Source: a bacterium | GTDB taxonomy: Bacteria; UBA8248 | Assembly: GCA_965219955.1 (NCBI GenBank) | Contig: OZ244799.1 | Coordinates: forward strand, 1,792,001-1,856,000 | Direction: 5' to 3' | Length of the DNA stretch: 64,000 nt | In this document: positions 1 through 10,077 of the stretch, piece by piece | Numbering within the stretch: position 1 is the first letter of the stretch | Layout of the letters: each line of letters opens with the position of its first letter | Notes under the pieces: model-generated | What the model saw: only the letters and a program-made list of their open reading frames with translations | The model's database searches: none | What the model was told of the DNA's origin: nothing | Position numbers and translations under genes: made by a program

Positions 1-930
1 GCCATGGCCGCCATCGACGCCGCGGGCGGCGGGATCTCCTGCGCCCTGGGCACCGGCGGGCGCGACGTCACCGACGCCGTCGGCGGCCTCGCCATGATCC
101 AGGCGATCGAGACCTTGAGTGAGGATGCGGCGACGGAGGTCCTCTTCGTTCTCGGTAAACCGCCCGAACCCGCCGCTTTCGGGAAGATACTGGAAACAAC
201 GGCCACTTGCGGAAAACCCGCCGTCGTTCATTTCGTCGGGGACTGGAACCAGGATATCCTCGAACATCTCGGTCTTCACGTGGCGGATTCGCTGGCCGAA
301 GCGGGGAGGCTCGCCGTCTCGCTGAGCGGCGGGCGCGCCGATGCGGCGGCTCCCGGACTCGACTCCGAAGCGAGAGAGAGAATCGCCGGGTGGAGCCGCA
401 CGCGCGCAAAAGGCCGCCGGTTCCTGCGCGGCGTCTACACGGGCGGGACGCTGTGCGCCGAGGCGCAGGCCATCGTCGGAGATACGGTTCCAGGTATTCA
501 CTCCAACGCGCCCCTCAATAAAATAAGCGCACAAATGACCGACCCCCTGAAACCGGAAGGCCACGCGGTCGTGGACCTGGGTGACGACCTCTTCACCCGG
601 GGGAAACCCCATCCCATGATCGACCCCGCGCCCAGAAGCGCGCGCATCGTCCAGGAGGCCCGTGATCCCGAAACGGCGGTCGTGCTCTTCGACGTGGTTT
701 TGGGTCTCGGCGCGCATGAAGACCCGGCGGGAGAGGCGGCAAAAGCGATCGAGGAGGCGGAAGCATCATACCCCGGCGTCCTGTTCATCGGCTCGGTGAC
801 GGGCACCGAGGGCGACCCGCAGGGATTAAACGCCCAGCGCGCGAAACTTGAAGAGGCAGGCGTCCTCGTGGCGGATACGCACGCAGGGGCGTGTCTCGCC
901 GCTGCCGCCGCGCTGGAGGACATCGACTGA
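1..930 (+). CDS. fdrA: FdrA/AllF-like acyl-CoA synthetase-family protein, 5'-partial
   Basis: GISCALGTGGRD, RGVYTGGTLCAEA, DLGDDLFTRGKPHPMIDP and DVVLGLGAHEDPAG motifs; frame is open from the window edge. Confidence 0.85.
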   Translation, partial: AMAAIDAAGGGISCALGTGGRDVTDAVGGLAMIQAIETLSEDAATEVLFVLGKPPEPAAFGKILETTATCGKPAVVHFVGDWNQDILEHLGLHVADSLAEAGRLAVSLSGGRADAAAPGLDSEARERIAGWSRTRAKGRRFLRGVYTGGTLCAEAQAIVGDTVPGIHSNAPLNKISAQMTDPLKPEGHAVVDLGDDLFTRGKPHPMIDPAPRSARIVQEARDPETAVVLFDVVLGLGAHEDPAGEAAKAIEEAEASYPGVLFIGSVTGTEGDPQGLNAQRAKLEEAGVLVADTHAGACLAAAAALEDID

Positions 931-2348
931 TGAGCGCGAAAAATTTGCTTAATGGCGTCCGCGTCGCCAACGTCGGCGTGGAGTTGTTCGCGGAGAGCCT
1001 GGCCGCGCAGAACGCCCCCGTGGTGCAGGTGGACTGGCGACCCCCCGCCGGAGGAGACCCCGACATGATCGAACACCTCGACCGACTGGCCGCTTGCGAT
1101 GCGGCCAACGAAACCGCCATCGAGCGCCTTCAGGCCGCAAGACCCGTATGGGTGGACGTCGGCGTCGCCATAGAAGATATCCCCGGCATGGGCGGGCGCA
1201 CCCTCCTGCACGCAGGCCCTCCCATCACCTGGGATAGAATGTCCGGCCCCCTCAAGGGCGCGATGATCGGGGCGGCGCTTCTCGAAGGCTGGGCGCAGGA
1301 TGCGGAGGCGGCGGAAAAACTCTGCGCGAGCGGGGAAATCGCCTTCGAGCCATGCCACCACCACTCGGCGGTGGGGCCGATGGCGGGCGTGGTGTCGCCC
1401 TCGATGCCGGTGAACGTCATCGAAAACCGGGCGCCCGAAGAACTCGGCGGCGGCGGGAGGGCCTACTGCACGCTCAACGAAGGCCTCGGCAAAGTGCTGC
1501 GCTACGGCGCCTATTCAGAAGACGTGCTGGCGCGCCTGAAGTGGATGGCGGACGAACTGGCCCCCGCCCTGCGCGCGGCGCTTCGGGCCATGCCGGAAGG
1601 ACTCGACATCAAGAACGTCATCGCGCGCGCCCTCCAGATGGGCGACGAGGCGCACAACCGGAACGTCGCGGCCACCTCGACGGTCGCCCGCACCCTCATG
1701 CCTCATCTCGCGGAGGCGGTGAGCGATCCTAAGGTGATCTCCCGCGTGGCGGATTTTCTCGCCGGAAACGATCACTTCTTCCTGAACCTCGCGATGCCGG
1801 CCGCCAAGGCGAGCCTCGACGCCATGTCGGGGGTCGAGGGCAGCTCCCTGGTCTACGCCATGTCGCGCAACGGGACGGATTTCGGCATCAGGGTCGCCGG
1901 CCTGGGGAACGCCTGGTTCACGGCGCCCGCGAAACATCCGGTCGGCCTGTTCTTCCCCGGCTATTCGCAGGAAGACGCCAACCCCGACATCGGCGATTCG
2001 GCCATCATGGAAACGCTCGGCGTCGGTGGATTCGCCATGGCAGCGGCGCCCGCCATCGTCGAGTTCGTGGGCGGCTCGACGGCGGAGGCCTTTCAGGCGA
2101 CGAACGAGATGTACGGCATCACCTGGGCGCGGAGTCGCGACTACACCCTGCCCGTCCTCGATTTCGCGGGCGTGCCGACCGGAATCGACGTGCGCAAGGT
2201 GATCGAGACGGGCATCTACCCCGTCATCAACACCGGAATTGCCCACCGCGAGCCGGGCGTAGGACAGATAGGCGCAGGCGTCCTGCGCGCGCCCGAAGCG
2301 CCGTTCCAGAAAGCCTTCGAAGCCCTGGCCGAGAAGATGTCCGGGTAG
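930..2348 (+). CDS. DUF1116/YlbE (AllG-like) protein
   Basis: LLHAGPPITW, PCHHHSAVGPMAG, LQMGDEAHNRN, NPDIGDSAI and INTGIAH motifs; ATG overlaps the fdrA stop (TGATG). Confidence 0.88.
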   Translation: MSAKNLLNGVRVANVGVELFAESLAAQNAPVVQVDWRPPAGGDPDMIEHLDRLAACDAANETAIERLQAARPVWVDVGVAIEDIPGMGGRTLLHAGPPITWDRMSGPLKGAMIGAALLEGWAQDAEAAEKLCASGEIAFEPCHHHSAVGPMAGVVSPSMPVNVIENRAPEELGGGGRAYCTLNEGLGKVLRYGAYSEDVLARLKWMADELAPALRAALRAMPEGLDIKNVIARALQMGDEAHNRNVAATSTVARTLMPHLAEAVSDPKVISRVADFLAGNDHFFLNLAMPAAKASLDAMSGVEGSSLVYAMSRNGTDFGIRVAGLGNAWFTAPAKHPVGLFFPGYSQEDANPDIGDSAIMETLGVGGFAMAAAPAIVEFVGGSTAEAFQATNEMYGITWARSRDYTLPVLDFAGVPTGIDVRKVIETGIYPVINTGIAHREPGVGQIGAGVLRAPEAPFQKAFEALAEKMSG

Positions 2349-2371
2349 CGGGAAAGTTTGCCGAAATCCCG

Positions 2372-2441
2372 CAGGGACAACCCCCTGTGGTCGTCCCCCC
2401 ATTGCCCGGCGAACCGGACAGGCACGGGGGCCTGTCTCTAT
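2372..2441. repeat. Degenerate GTAG-type REP doublet
   Basis: gggacaac..gtcgtccc and ggacaggcacgggggcctgtctctat hairpins; the second also occurs at 6017, 35981 and 36364. Confidence 0.6.
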
Positions 2442-2481
2442 GCAATACCCATCACTCCCACCCTCTCCCCCTTCACCAAGC

Positions 2482-2510
2482 TTGACAACGAACCACCCGG
2501 CTCATACGAT
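2482..2510 (+). promoter_or_regulatory. Putative sigma70 promoter
   Basis: TTGACA-17 nt-TACGAT upstream of the ABC operon. Confidence 0.6.
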
Positions 2511-2585
2511 TTGTTCCATTCATCGTCCTTCATAAAGAACCGGATTCGAGAAAGCTTCCTGTCACAGAACCAGGAGGCGCTTGTG

Positions 2586-2795
2586 ATGGATTCTTCCTTC
2601 TCTCTTACGAAGGCATCCTCGCAGCATTCCTCCGCGAAGTCTGCGGGCGGAAAACCGTCTTCCACGTCCAGTCCAGGGAAAAACCACAGCGCACCGACGG
2701 GTTCCCGTCCAGGCGCTTTCCTTTTCTACCAGGGCCGCAGCGCCCGAAGTCTTTGTCCGGCGGCGCGGACCCTTCACCGGGAGGAAACACCATGA
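2586..2795 (+). CDS. Possible Ser-rich 69-aa leader ORF
   Basis: AGGAGG at 2572-2577, 8 nt before the ATG; stop overlaps the next start (ATGA); no recognisable domain. Confidence 0.3.
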   Translation: MDSSFSLTKASSQHSSAKSAGGKPSSTSSPGKNHSAPTGSRPGAFLFYQGRSARSLCPAARTLHREETP

Positions 2796-4009
2796 GCGCG
2801 CACGTGAAACGAGGGTTTTGCATTTTCATCGGGCTGGCGTTCGCTTTGGGAATCGTTCTCTCCGCCGCGCCCGCCAGGGCGGCGAAAAAACCGCTCACGA
2901 TCGGCGTGGCCATCGCCCTGACCGGCAAGGTCTCCAAATCCGGGAAGCTCACCCTGCGCGGGTACGAGATGTGGCAGCGCGACGTCAACGCGAAAGGCGG
3001 GCTCCTGGGCCGGAAGGTGCAGTTCAAGGTCTATGACGATGAGAGCAACCCCACCACCGGGGCGAAACTCGTCGAACGCCTCATCAACCGCGACAAGGTG
3101 GACATGATCTTCGGCCCGTTCAGCAGTCCGGTCACCTACGCGACGAGCACGGTCACCGAGAAATACCGCTATCCCATGATCGCGGGCGGCTCGAGCAGTT
3201 CCAAGCCGTTCTCTCGGGGCTACAAATACCTCTTCCAGGTGATGCGGGTGAACAACCACGCCCTGCTCGGCAACCTCTCCCTATTGAAGGAGAAGGGCGC
3301 CAAGTCCATCGCCATCATCCACTCGGCGAGCATCTACCCGGCCTCACTCGCCAAGGGAGTCGTAAAACTCAGCAAGGAGCTCGGCTTCAAGGTGCTCTCG
3401 GTGGACAAGTATCCCCCGAAAACGACGGACTTCACCTCCCTTCTCCTGAAGGCGAAGGGCCTGAACCCCGACGTGCTCTGCCTGTTCGGCTACTACCCCG
3501 ACGGGCTGGCCATCTCCAAACAGGTGAAGGAGCTGGACGTGAACCCCCGCCACTTGAACGTCATGCTCGGGGCCTCGTATGACGAGTACGGCTCCAAGAA
3601 GGGCGCGGGCCGGGACGCGAACTTCGTGAGCGGCTACACGGGCTGGGAGCCGTTCATGAACACGCCGGGGAACAAGGAGTTCGTGAAGAAGTATTTCGAT
3701 CAATACAAGGACGAGCGCTTGATGGACTCGCACGTCGCCTACGGCTACCTCGTCGGCGAGGTGATGGAGCGGGCGGTGAACCAGGTCGGCTCGTTCGACC
3801 GCGACAAGATACGCGACGCCATCGCCTCCATGAAGTTCAGCAGTCTGATGCCGGGACAGTTCCGGGTGGACCCGAAGTCCGGCATGCAGCTCGGCCACGA
3901 GTGGGCGGCCTTCCAGTGGCAAAACGGCAAGAAGGTCATCGTTTGGCCGAAGAACGTCGCCACGGGCGAGTTCATCTACCCCACACCCAAGTGGAGAGCA
4001 AGAAACTAG
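2792..4009 (+). CDS. Branched-chain amino acid-type ABC substrate-binding protein (LivK-like)
   Basis: Signal peptide (ARA-A), GGLLGRKV..YDDESNP, GPFSS; RBS GGAGG. Confidence 0.9.
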   Translation: MSAHVKRGFCIFIGLAFALGIVLSAAPARAAKKPLTIGVAIALTGKVSKSGKLTLRGYEMWQRDVNAKGGLLGRKVQFKVYDDESNPTTGAKLVERLINRDKVDMIFGPFSSPVTYATSTVTEKYRYPMIAGGSSSSKPFSRGYKYLFQVMRVNNHALLGNLSLLKEKGAKSIAIIHSASIYPASLAKGVVKLSKELGFKVLSVDKYPPKTTDFTSLLLKAKGLNPDVLCLFGYYPDGLAISKQVKELDVNPRHLNVMLGASYDEYGSKKGAGRDANFVSGYTGWEPFMNTPGNKEFVKKYFDQYKDERLMDSHVAYGYLVGEVMERAVNQVGSFDRDKIRDAIASMKFSSLMPGQFRVDPKSGMQLGHEWAAFQWQNGKKVIVWPKNVATGEFIYPTPKWRARN

Positions 4010-4109
4010 CTGCTCGCTCATGCGGGAGAGGAAGCAGGGATAGGTCGCGACCTTCGGGACAACTCCGAAGAGTGACCACCACAACAGGCGAACATTGATG
4101 AGAGGTCGC

Positions 4110-4137
4110 GTAGGGGCGGTTCGCGAACCGCCCCTAC
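4110..4137. repeat. GTAG-type REP palindrome
   Basis: Perfect 28-bp palindrome gtaggggcggttcgcgaaccgcccctac, identical to 55214-55241. Confidence 0.85.
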
Positions 4138-4199
4138 GGATTGGGTGGACGCCCCGCTGTTTGTAGGAGTCACGCCGAACCCGAAGGAGTGCGTACGCC

Positions 4200-5078
4200 G
4201 TGAGCATGGAAATGATGCCGATAATGCTCTCACAGGCCGTCATCAGCGGTTTGCTGATGGGAGCGGTTTACGCCCTGCTCGCGCTCGGCCTCACGATGGT
4301 CTTCGGCGTGATGCACGTCATCAACATCTCTCACGGCGAGATGCTCATGCTGGGCGCCTACGTGAGCTTCTGGCTCTTTCACCAGTTCGGCCTGAGCCCC
4401 CTGCTGGCCATCCTGGCCGCCGCCCCGCTCATGTTCGCCGTGGGAGCGCTCATCGAAAAGGGCATCGTCGACAAGATCGTCGAGGACATCGAGACGAATT
4501 CCCTCCTCGTCACTTTCGGGATATCCATCTGCATCGTGAACATCGGCATCTGGCTTTGGACCACCGACTTCAAGGCCATCCCCTACCTCACCGGCTCGTG
4601 GTTCTACGGCTCGCTGGTGTTCCCCAAGCCCCGCGTGGTGGCCGCCGCCCTCGCCATTGTGCTAACGGCACTCGTCTTCTTCTTCCTCAAATACTCCCGG
4701 CTCGGGAAGGCCATCCGCGCCACCGCGGGCAGCCACGACCTCGCGGCCACCTGCGGGATCTACGTGAAACGCATCTACCTCATCACCTTCGGCCTGGCGA
4801 GCGCGATGGGCGGGGCCGCGGGCGTTCTCGCGAGCATCATGTTCGCGATCTATCCCGAGATGGGCGAGTCGTTCCTGATGCGCTCGTTCACCGTCATCGT
4901 GCTGGGCGGTATGGGCCACGTCGTGGGCGCCGTGCTGGGGGGGATGATCCTGGGACTCGCAGAGGGCGTGGGCAGCCTCTTCCTGAGCGGAGAAGGCGGA
5001 GGGGCCATATCGTTCGCCATCCTGTTGCTCATTCTCGTCTTCCGGCCCACGGGCCTCATGGGCCGCCGGGCGGAATGA
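4200..5078 (+). CDS. ABC permease, LivH-like
   Basis: GAVYALLALGLTMVFGVMHVINISHGE, GKAIRA, VIVLGGMG, RPTGLMG. Confidence 0.9.
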   Translation: MSMEMMPIMLSQAVISGLLMGAVYALLALGLTMVFGVMHVINISHGEMLMLGAYVSFWLFHQFGLSPLLAILAAAPLMFAVGALIEKGIVDKIVEDIETNSLLVTFGISICIVNIGIWLWTTDFKAIPYLTGSWFYGSLVFPKPRVVAAALAIVLTALVFFFLKYSRLGKAIRATAGSHDLAATCGIYVKRIYLITFGLASAMGGAAGVLASIMFAIYPEMGESFLMRSFTVIVLGGMGHVVGAVLGGMILGLAEGVGSLFLSGEGGGAISFAILLLILVFRPTGLMGRRAE

Positions 5079-5085
5079 CGCGCAA

Positions 5086-6012
5086 GTGAAAAAATACGCT
5101 CTCTTCATCATCGCACTGGCCGCGCTGTGTCTGTATCCCGTGTTCATGGGGCCTTATTTCATCTCGATGGCGCTTTTGATCTTCATGTACATCAGCCTGG
5201 CCAGCAGCTGGAACATCATCTCGGGCTTCGCGGGCTACATCTCGCTGGGGCACGCGGTCTTCTTCGGGGTCGGCGCGTATCTGACGGCGCTGCAGATAAC
5301 CAACTGGGGGACCCACTGGCTGCCGGCCTCCCTTATCGCGGGCGTGGGCGCATCCCTGCTGGCGGTTCCCGTGGGAGCCCTATGCCTTAGGCTCCGGGGG
5401 CCATTTTTCGCCATCTTCATGCTCGGGCTGAACGAGCTCATGGCCATCATCGCCTCGGTGTTCGACGAGATCACGGGCGGCGCGGAGGGGCTCTCCCTTC
5501 CCATCATCCGGCAAATCATCCCGCTCTACTTCGCGATGGGGCTGACGGCGCTCTCGGTTTTCCTCGTGATGAAGTGGCTCGAATCGAGCCGCTTCGGCCT
5601 GAGGCTCCTCGCCATCCGGGAAGACGAGACGGCCGCCGACACGCTGGGGACGAACACGACCCTCTACAAGCTGATCGCCTTCATCATGAGCGCGTTCTTC
5701 CCGGGCGTCGTCGGTGGAATCTACGCCCGCTACATCACCTACATCGACCCCGAGACGGTGTTCAACATCCTGTTCAGCGTCCAAATGGTGCTCATGTGTA
5801 TCCTGGGCGGTCGGGGCACGGCGTGGGGGCCCGTGATCGGGGCGACGGCCCTCTATCTCATCCTGGAGTTCAGCTGGGCGCATTTCCCCCATTTCCACAA
5901 GCTGGCTTCGGGAATCTTTATCGTGCTGATCATCCTCTACGCCCCGCGCGGGATCATGGGCTTCATCTACGGGAGGGGCATCGCGCAGTTGCGGCCTTCG
6001 TTCCGGAATTGA
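5086..6012 (+). CDS. ABC permease, LivM-like
   Basis: SWNIISGFAGYISLGHAVFFGVGAY, GLRLLAIREDE, ILGGRGT, PRGIMG. Confidence 0.9.
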   Translation: MKKYALFIIALAALCLYPVFMGPYFISMALLIFMYISLASSWNIISGFAGYISLGHAVFFGVGAYLTALQITNWGTHWLPASLIAGVGASLLAVPVGALCLRLRGPFFAIFMLGLNELMAIIASVFDEITGGAEGLSLPIIRQIIPLYFAMGLTALSVFLVMKWLESSRFGLRLLAIREDETAADTLGTNTTLYKLIAFIMSAFFPGVVGGIYARYITYIDPETVFNILFSVQMVLMCILGGRGTAWGPVIGATALYLILEFSWAHFPHFHKLASGIFIVLIILYAPRGIMGFIYGRGIAQLRPSFRN

Positions 6013-6181
6013 GAGTGGACAGGCACGGGGGCCTGTCCCTACAACGATGATTGACGCGCCCCCGGCGCGATTTTGATGTATGATGAAGATATATTTAGGA
6101 AAATGAAGCGCCGGTTGCAAGCGCACCGGCCATTCGGTTCGTTCTTTGGTTCCGCATCGTCTTCAAGAAGGGGAGCGCACG

Positions 6182-7153
6182 ATGGAATACACGAAACCCG
6201 AAGCGAAAGCGTATTGCAGGGAGCACATGACGGGCATTTGGTCCGCTCTCACGACGCCCTTCACGCCCGAGGGTGAGCTGGACGAGGAAGGCCTACGCAA
6301 GATCGTCCGCACCTGCATCGACGACCTCAAGATCGACGGGTTTTTCTGCAACGGGCTGATGGGCGAATACTGGTCGCTCTCGCCCGAGGAGCGTAAGCGC
6401 GTGCAGCACATCGTCTGCGAGGAGAGCCGCGGCGGCGCGCAGACCATCCCCCACACCCCGCACATCAACATCAAAGAGGCGGTCGAACTCACCAAGCACG
6501 CCGAGGAAGTGGGGGCGGACTACGCCATCATGATCAACCCGGTCTACGGCGCGCACGACGACGACGAGATATTCCTCTACTTCAAGACCATCTGCGATCA
6601 GATAGACATCGGCCTCTCGCTGTTCAACCAGCCCAAGTCGGGCACCACGCTCAGCCCCGAGCTCATCGAGCGGCTCTGCACGCTCGAGAACATCTGCTGC
6701 ATCAAGAACGCCGTGCCCAGCATGGCGCACCAGAGCGAGGTGCGCCGCCGCGTGGGGGATGAGATCGTCGTCTGCGACCCGAACGAGGAGAACTTCCTCG
6801 TGAGCCTCCTCCACCTGGACATGCAGGTGCACATGTCCTCTCCCGTGCCCTATCTCTTCCAGGTGCCGGGCTACACGCCGATCCGCGACTACTACGAGGC
6901 CGCGATGGCGGGCGACACGGAGAAGGCCTGGCAGATCAACTACTCGCTGGAACCCCTGCGCACCGTCCGCAAGAAGTATTTCACGACGGGTCCGAACGGG
7001 CGCACGACGGCGTATCTGAAAGAGTGGACGAAGCTCCTCGGCCTGCCCGCAGGCGAGCCGCGTCCGCCCATCGTGCCGCTCACGCAGCGGGAAAAGGACG
7101 CGTTCCGCAAGGACCTGGAGGCGACGGGGATTCTGGATAAAGCGAAGGGGTAA
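6182..7153 (+). CDS. Dihydrodipicolinate synthase/class I aldolase family protein
   Basis: TTPFTPEGELDE, NGLMGEYWSLSPEERK, Schiff-base Lys in CIKNA. Confidence 0.85.
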   Translation: MEYTKPEAKAYCREHMTGIWSALTTPFTPEGELDEEGLRKIVRTCIDDLKIDGFFCNGLMGEYWSLSPEERKRVQHIVCEESRGGAQTIPHTPHINIKEAVELTKHAEEVGADYAIMINPVYGAHDDDEIFLYFKTICDQIDIGLSLFNQPKSGTTLSPELIERLCTLENICCIKNAVPSMAHQSEVRRRVGDEIVVCDPNEENFLVSLLHLDMQVHMSSPVPYLFQVPGYTPIRDYYEAAMAGDTEKAWQINYSLEPLRTVRKKYFTTGPNGRTTAYLKEWTKLLGLPAGEPRPPIVPLTQREKDAFRKDLEATGILDKAKG

Positions 7154-7186
7154 GAACAAAACCTTCCGTCATTGTTAGATTGACCC

Positions 7187-7560
7187 GTAGGGGCGGACCT
7201 AAGTGTCCGCCCCATCTTCATCAACCCGCCATCGTCTCATTTTTCCGTAGGGACAGGTCGCGACCTGTCCTTATGAGACGGTGCGGTTTTGTTCGTCATT
7301 CCGGCAATCAATGCCGACCGGGGAGGGGCTGCTGAAAAAGCCTTAACCAAAAGAGCAACCCCCCCTACCCCCCCTTGTCAGGGGGGTAAAAAAGGCGACG
7401 CCCGCCGCCGGTCCGCCAACCGTCGGTTGAGGGGCTTTTGTTTTTTCTTGCCCCCCTGACAAGGGGGGGTAGGGGGGGTTGCCTTTATGTGGTTTCCCTT
7501 TCAAGGGGTTGCCATTCCCCTCTCAGGAGCTTTTTCAACAACCCCCTCAAGGGGGGAGTG
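7187..7560. repeat. Intergenic repeat mosaic
   Basis: GTAG hairpins at 7187-7212 and 7247-7274; CGTC fragment at 7294; TIR pair 7325/7545 enclosing the ccccctacccccccttgtcagggggg inverted pair; half of the 162-bp element end. Confidence 0.85.
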
Positions 7561-7597
7561 ATTATGAATACCTCGTTTTTCGTCCGCGCCCGCCACC

Positions 7598-8473
7598 TCA
7601 CGCCGCCTGCCAGATGATCACCACCATCCCGATGAACAGCAAGACGGCGCCCACCGTTTTCTGCCAGGTGATCTCCTCTTCCCCCTTGAGCCATACCCGC
7701 GCGAGCAGCAGGGAGAACAGCGGCGCCGTATACACGATGGGCGCGATGATCGACACGTCCCCGTAGCGATACGACGTGAAATGGCAGAAAAAAGAGAGCG
7801 TGAGAATCGAGCCCGCCAGCGCGAACCCCATGACACCCGCGCGGTTGAAGGAGAGCCGCTCGTTTTCGGGCAGGAAGGGATAGAACACGAACAGCACGGG
7901 AAGGGAAATCGCATAGGAAAGCGTGGCGCCCAGCAGCGGTTCGGGCATGATGGCGAGCACGTGTTTCCTGATGGACGCGGCGAAGGCGAACGAGACGGCG
8001 TGCGCCATCGGCATGAGGATGAAAATCCTCCGCCAGGGCTTCTCGCCTTCTCTTCTCAAGGCCAGCAGGACGCATCCCGCGACGACGAAGAACGTCGCCC
8101 CCAGGACCACGGCGCCCGGGCGTTCGCCGAGCCAGACCATCGCCACGAGGGTGGAGAAAAAAGGCGTCACCGTGATGAGCGGCATGGCGCGGCCCACCCC
8201 GATGTAGCCGATGCTCAGGAACATGAGCGCCTGCGCCAGTCCGGGCGCGAGCGCGCCGCCCGCCAGAAACCACAGGGCGACCGGCAGCGTGAGCTCCCTC
8301 CACGAGGAGAGAAAGGCCGAGATCGCGACCAGCACCACCGTTCCGATGCTCAGCGTGATGAGGCTGCCCGTGAAGGCGCTCGTGTGGCGCATGTTCCGCC
8401 GCGCCATGACGCTGAAGACGGCGAACAGGATCGACGAGGCGAGCGCAAAGAACGAGGCCAGCAAGGGGTTCAA
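7598..8473 (-). CDS. DMT/EamA family transporter
   Basis: About 10 hydrophobic segments in two EamA repeats (VWLGERP, VWLKGEEEI). Confidence 0.85.
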   Translation of the reverse strand: MNPLLASFFALASSILFAVFSVMARRNMRHTSAFTGSLITLSIGTVVLVAISAFLSSWRELTLPVALWFLAGGALAPGLAQALMFLSIGYIGVGRAMPLITVTPFFSTLVAMVWLGERPGAVVLGATFFVVAGCVLLALRREGEKPWRRIFILMPMAHAVSFAFAASIRKHVLAIMPEPLLGATLSYAISLPVLFVFYPFLPENERLSFNRAGVMGFALAGSILTLSFFCHFTSYRYGDVSIIAPIVYTAPLFSLLLARVWLKGEEEITWQKTVGAVLLFIGMVVIIWQAA

Positions 8474-8582
8474 GGAATTCTCCAGAGTCAGGCTTGCTGA
8501 CTTATATGGTACACGCCGCTTGCGCGCTCGCCCGGGCGATGACCGCCGCGCCGCGAAACGGCGCTACCCATGCGGCAAGGCC

Positions 8583-9095
8583 TCAACAGCCGGCTTTCTT
8601 GCACCGGATGCACTCGACGATGTTGTCCGGCTCGTTCGGCCTGGAGGAGTTTTCGACATCGTAGCCCTCCATCTTCCCGTCACCGAACAAGCCGATGAGC
8701 ATTCGCCCGTCTTCGAGAACGATGTAATCCCCAATCAAAACCCTTCCGGTGGCTTCATCCCGGGCGGCCCGCCGGTAAATCTTCCGGGTCTTGATTCTGT
8801 GATTGCACGAAGAGGCGTACCGGAGTCCATTCTTCAGCGTGTGAACTTTCCCGTCCGCGATTTCCGTCTGCGCTGCGCGTTCGCCCCCGGAAGCCCAGCC
8901 GTCCATGAAGGTCACTCTCGTGATAGCGTTTTCACCCACCGCGAAGGATATTTTCAGGTAGCGGGTTTTGCCGCAAATCCACTCGCCGGCCATCGCCCGG
9001 TTGCAAATGGTGACAGGTTCGGCGGCAGACGCACCCCCTGCGGGCACTATGAGAACGATCGAGAGAAGCAACGCTTTCAGAACGAGAGAAAACAT
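8583..9095 (-). CDS. Hypothetical exported protein
   Basis: Signal-peptide-like N-terminus (ASA-A); six Cys; no family recognised. Confidence 0.55.
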   Translation of the reverse strand: MFSLVLKALLLSIVLIVPAGGASAAEPVTICNRAMAGEWICGKTRYLKISFAVGENAITRVTFMDGWASGGERAAQTEIADGKVHTLKNGLRYASSCNHRIKTRKIYRRAARDEATGRVLIGDYIVLEDGRMLIGLFGDGKMEGYDVENSSRPNEPDNIVECIRCKKAGC

Positions 9096-9185
9096 GAGCG
9101 TCTCTCCATAAACGTCCGGTTCCGCGGGATTCTACACCACCCAAGTGAAAAGCGCCGCCCGTATACGGGAAGCAAAGGGGCGTCC

Positions 9186-9345
9186 CTCGATACGGCGCTT
9201 CGCGCCTACTCGGGATGAGGGGGTTGTCCTCGCTCTCCGGTCTGGCACTCACCTTCCTCACCCTGAGTAGCCGCCGGAGGCGGCGTATCGAAGGGCGACA
9301 GCGATCAATGCGGGGTTGTTGAAGAAGCCCCCTGACAAGTGGGGC
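9186..9345. repeat. Repeat mosaic (cctca.cctgagtag..gtatcgaagg family plus a lone TIR)
   Basis: Two inverted halves at 9186-9220 and 9256-9295, then ggggttgttgaagaa at 9312. Confidence 0.75.
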
Positions 9346-9453
9346 AAAGGCGGCACCCCCTTGACCCGCGCACGGGGAGCCTGTCCACGGCGAAAGCGCG
9401 CTGGCGTTCCGATCCGCGATGGGGTATATTCTTTCCAGAATGGAGGAAAGATA

Positions 9454-10077
9454 ATGGGGACGAACAGTACGGACCGGACCATGTCGGCGAACGAGGCGGC
9501 CTGCGTCACCGGCGTGCCCCTGAAACAGGTGCACCGCATCATCGACTCGGGCCTCCTGGGCGCCGCCGCGAAAAGCCGCAAAGGCTCCCGCGTCGTCCTT
9601 CGAGACGGACTGGTGGGCCTCAAGCTCGCCCACGAGACGACGGACACCCTCACCCTCGACGGACGCCGGCGGCTCGTGCGCTATCTTCTCGAGAATCCGA
9701 AGGCCGCGACGGCCCGCGAGAACAACGTGTCCGTCGACGTGCGGCCCATGAAGGGGCAGGTGCGCAGAGGGCTTTCCAGGCTGGCGAGGGCGCGCAGGAT
9801 GATCGCGGCCGATGAGGCCGTACTCTCAGGCTCCGCGTGCATCAAGGGAACCCGTATACCCGTTCACGATATCGCCGAAATGCTTGCCAACGGCGACGGC
9901 GTGGACGCCGTCCTCGCGGCTTACCCCTCCCTCGCGGAGGCCCAGATCGAGGCCGCGGCCCTCTATGCCCGGGCCTACCCGCGCCGCGGCCGTCCCCGTC
10001 AAGGACCCTTCTGGCGGAGCCGAAAACCAATCATATCGAGCGAGGTCGATTTCCGGGAATTGCCTCCGGGCCGGTGA
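9454..10077 (+). CDS. DUF433 antitoxin (VapB45-like, HTH plus DUF433)
   Basis: LSGSACIKGTRIPVHDI..AYPSL..QIEAAALY; N-terminal HTH EAACVTGVPLKQVHR. Confidence 0.85.
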   Translation: MGTNSTDRTMSANEAACVTGVPLKQVHRIIDSGLLGAAAKSRKGSRVVLRDGLVGLKLAHETTDTLTLDGRRRLVRYLLENPKAATARENNVSVDVRPMKGQVRRGLSRLARARRMIAADEAVLSGSACIKGTRIPVHDIAEMLANGDGVDAVLAAYPSLAEAQIEAAALYARAYPRRGRPRQGPFWRSRKPIISSEVDFRELPPGR

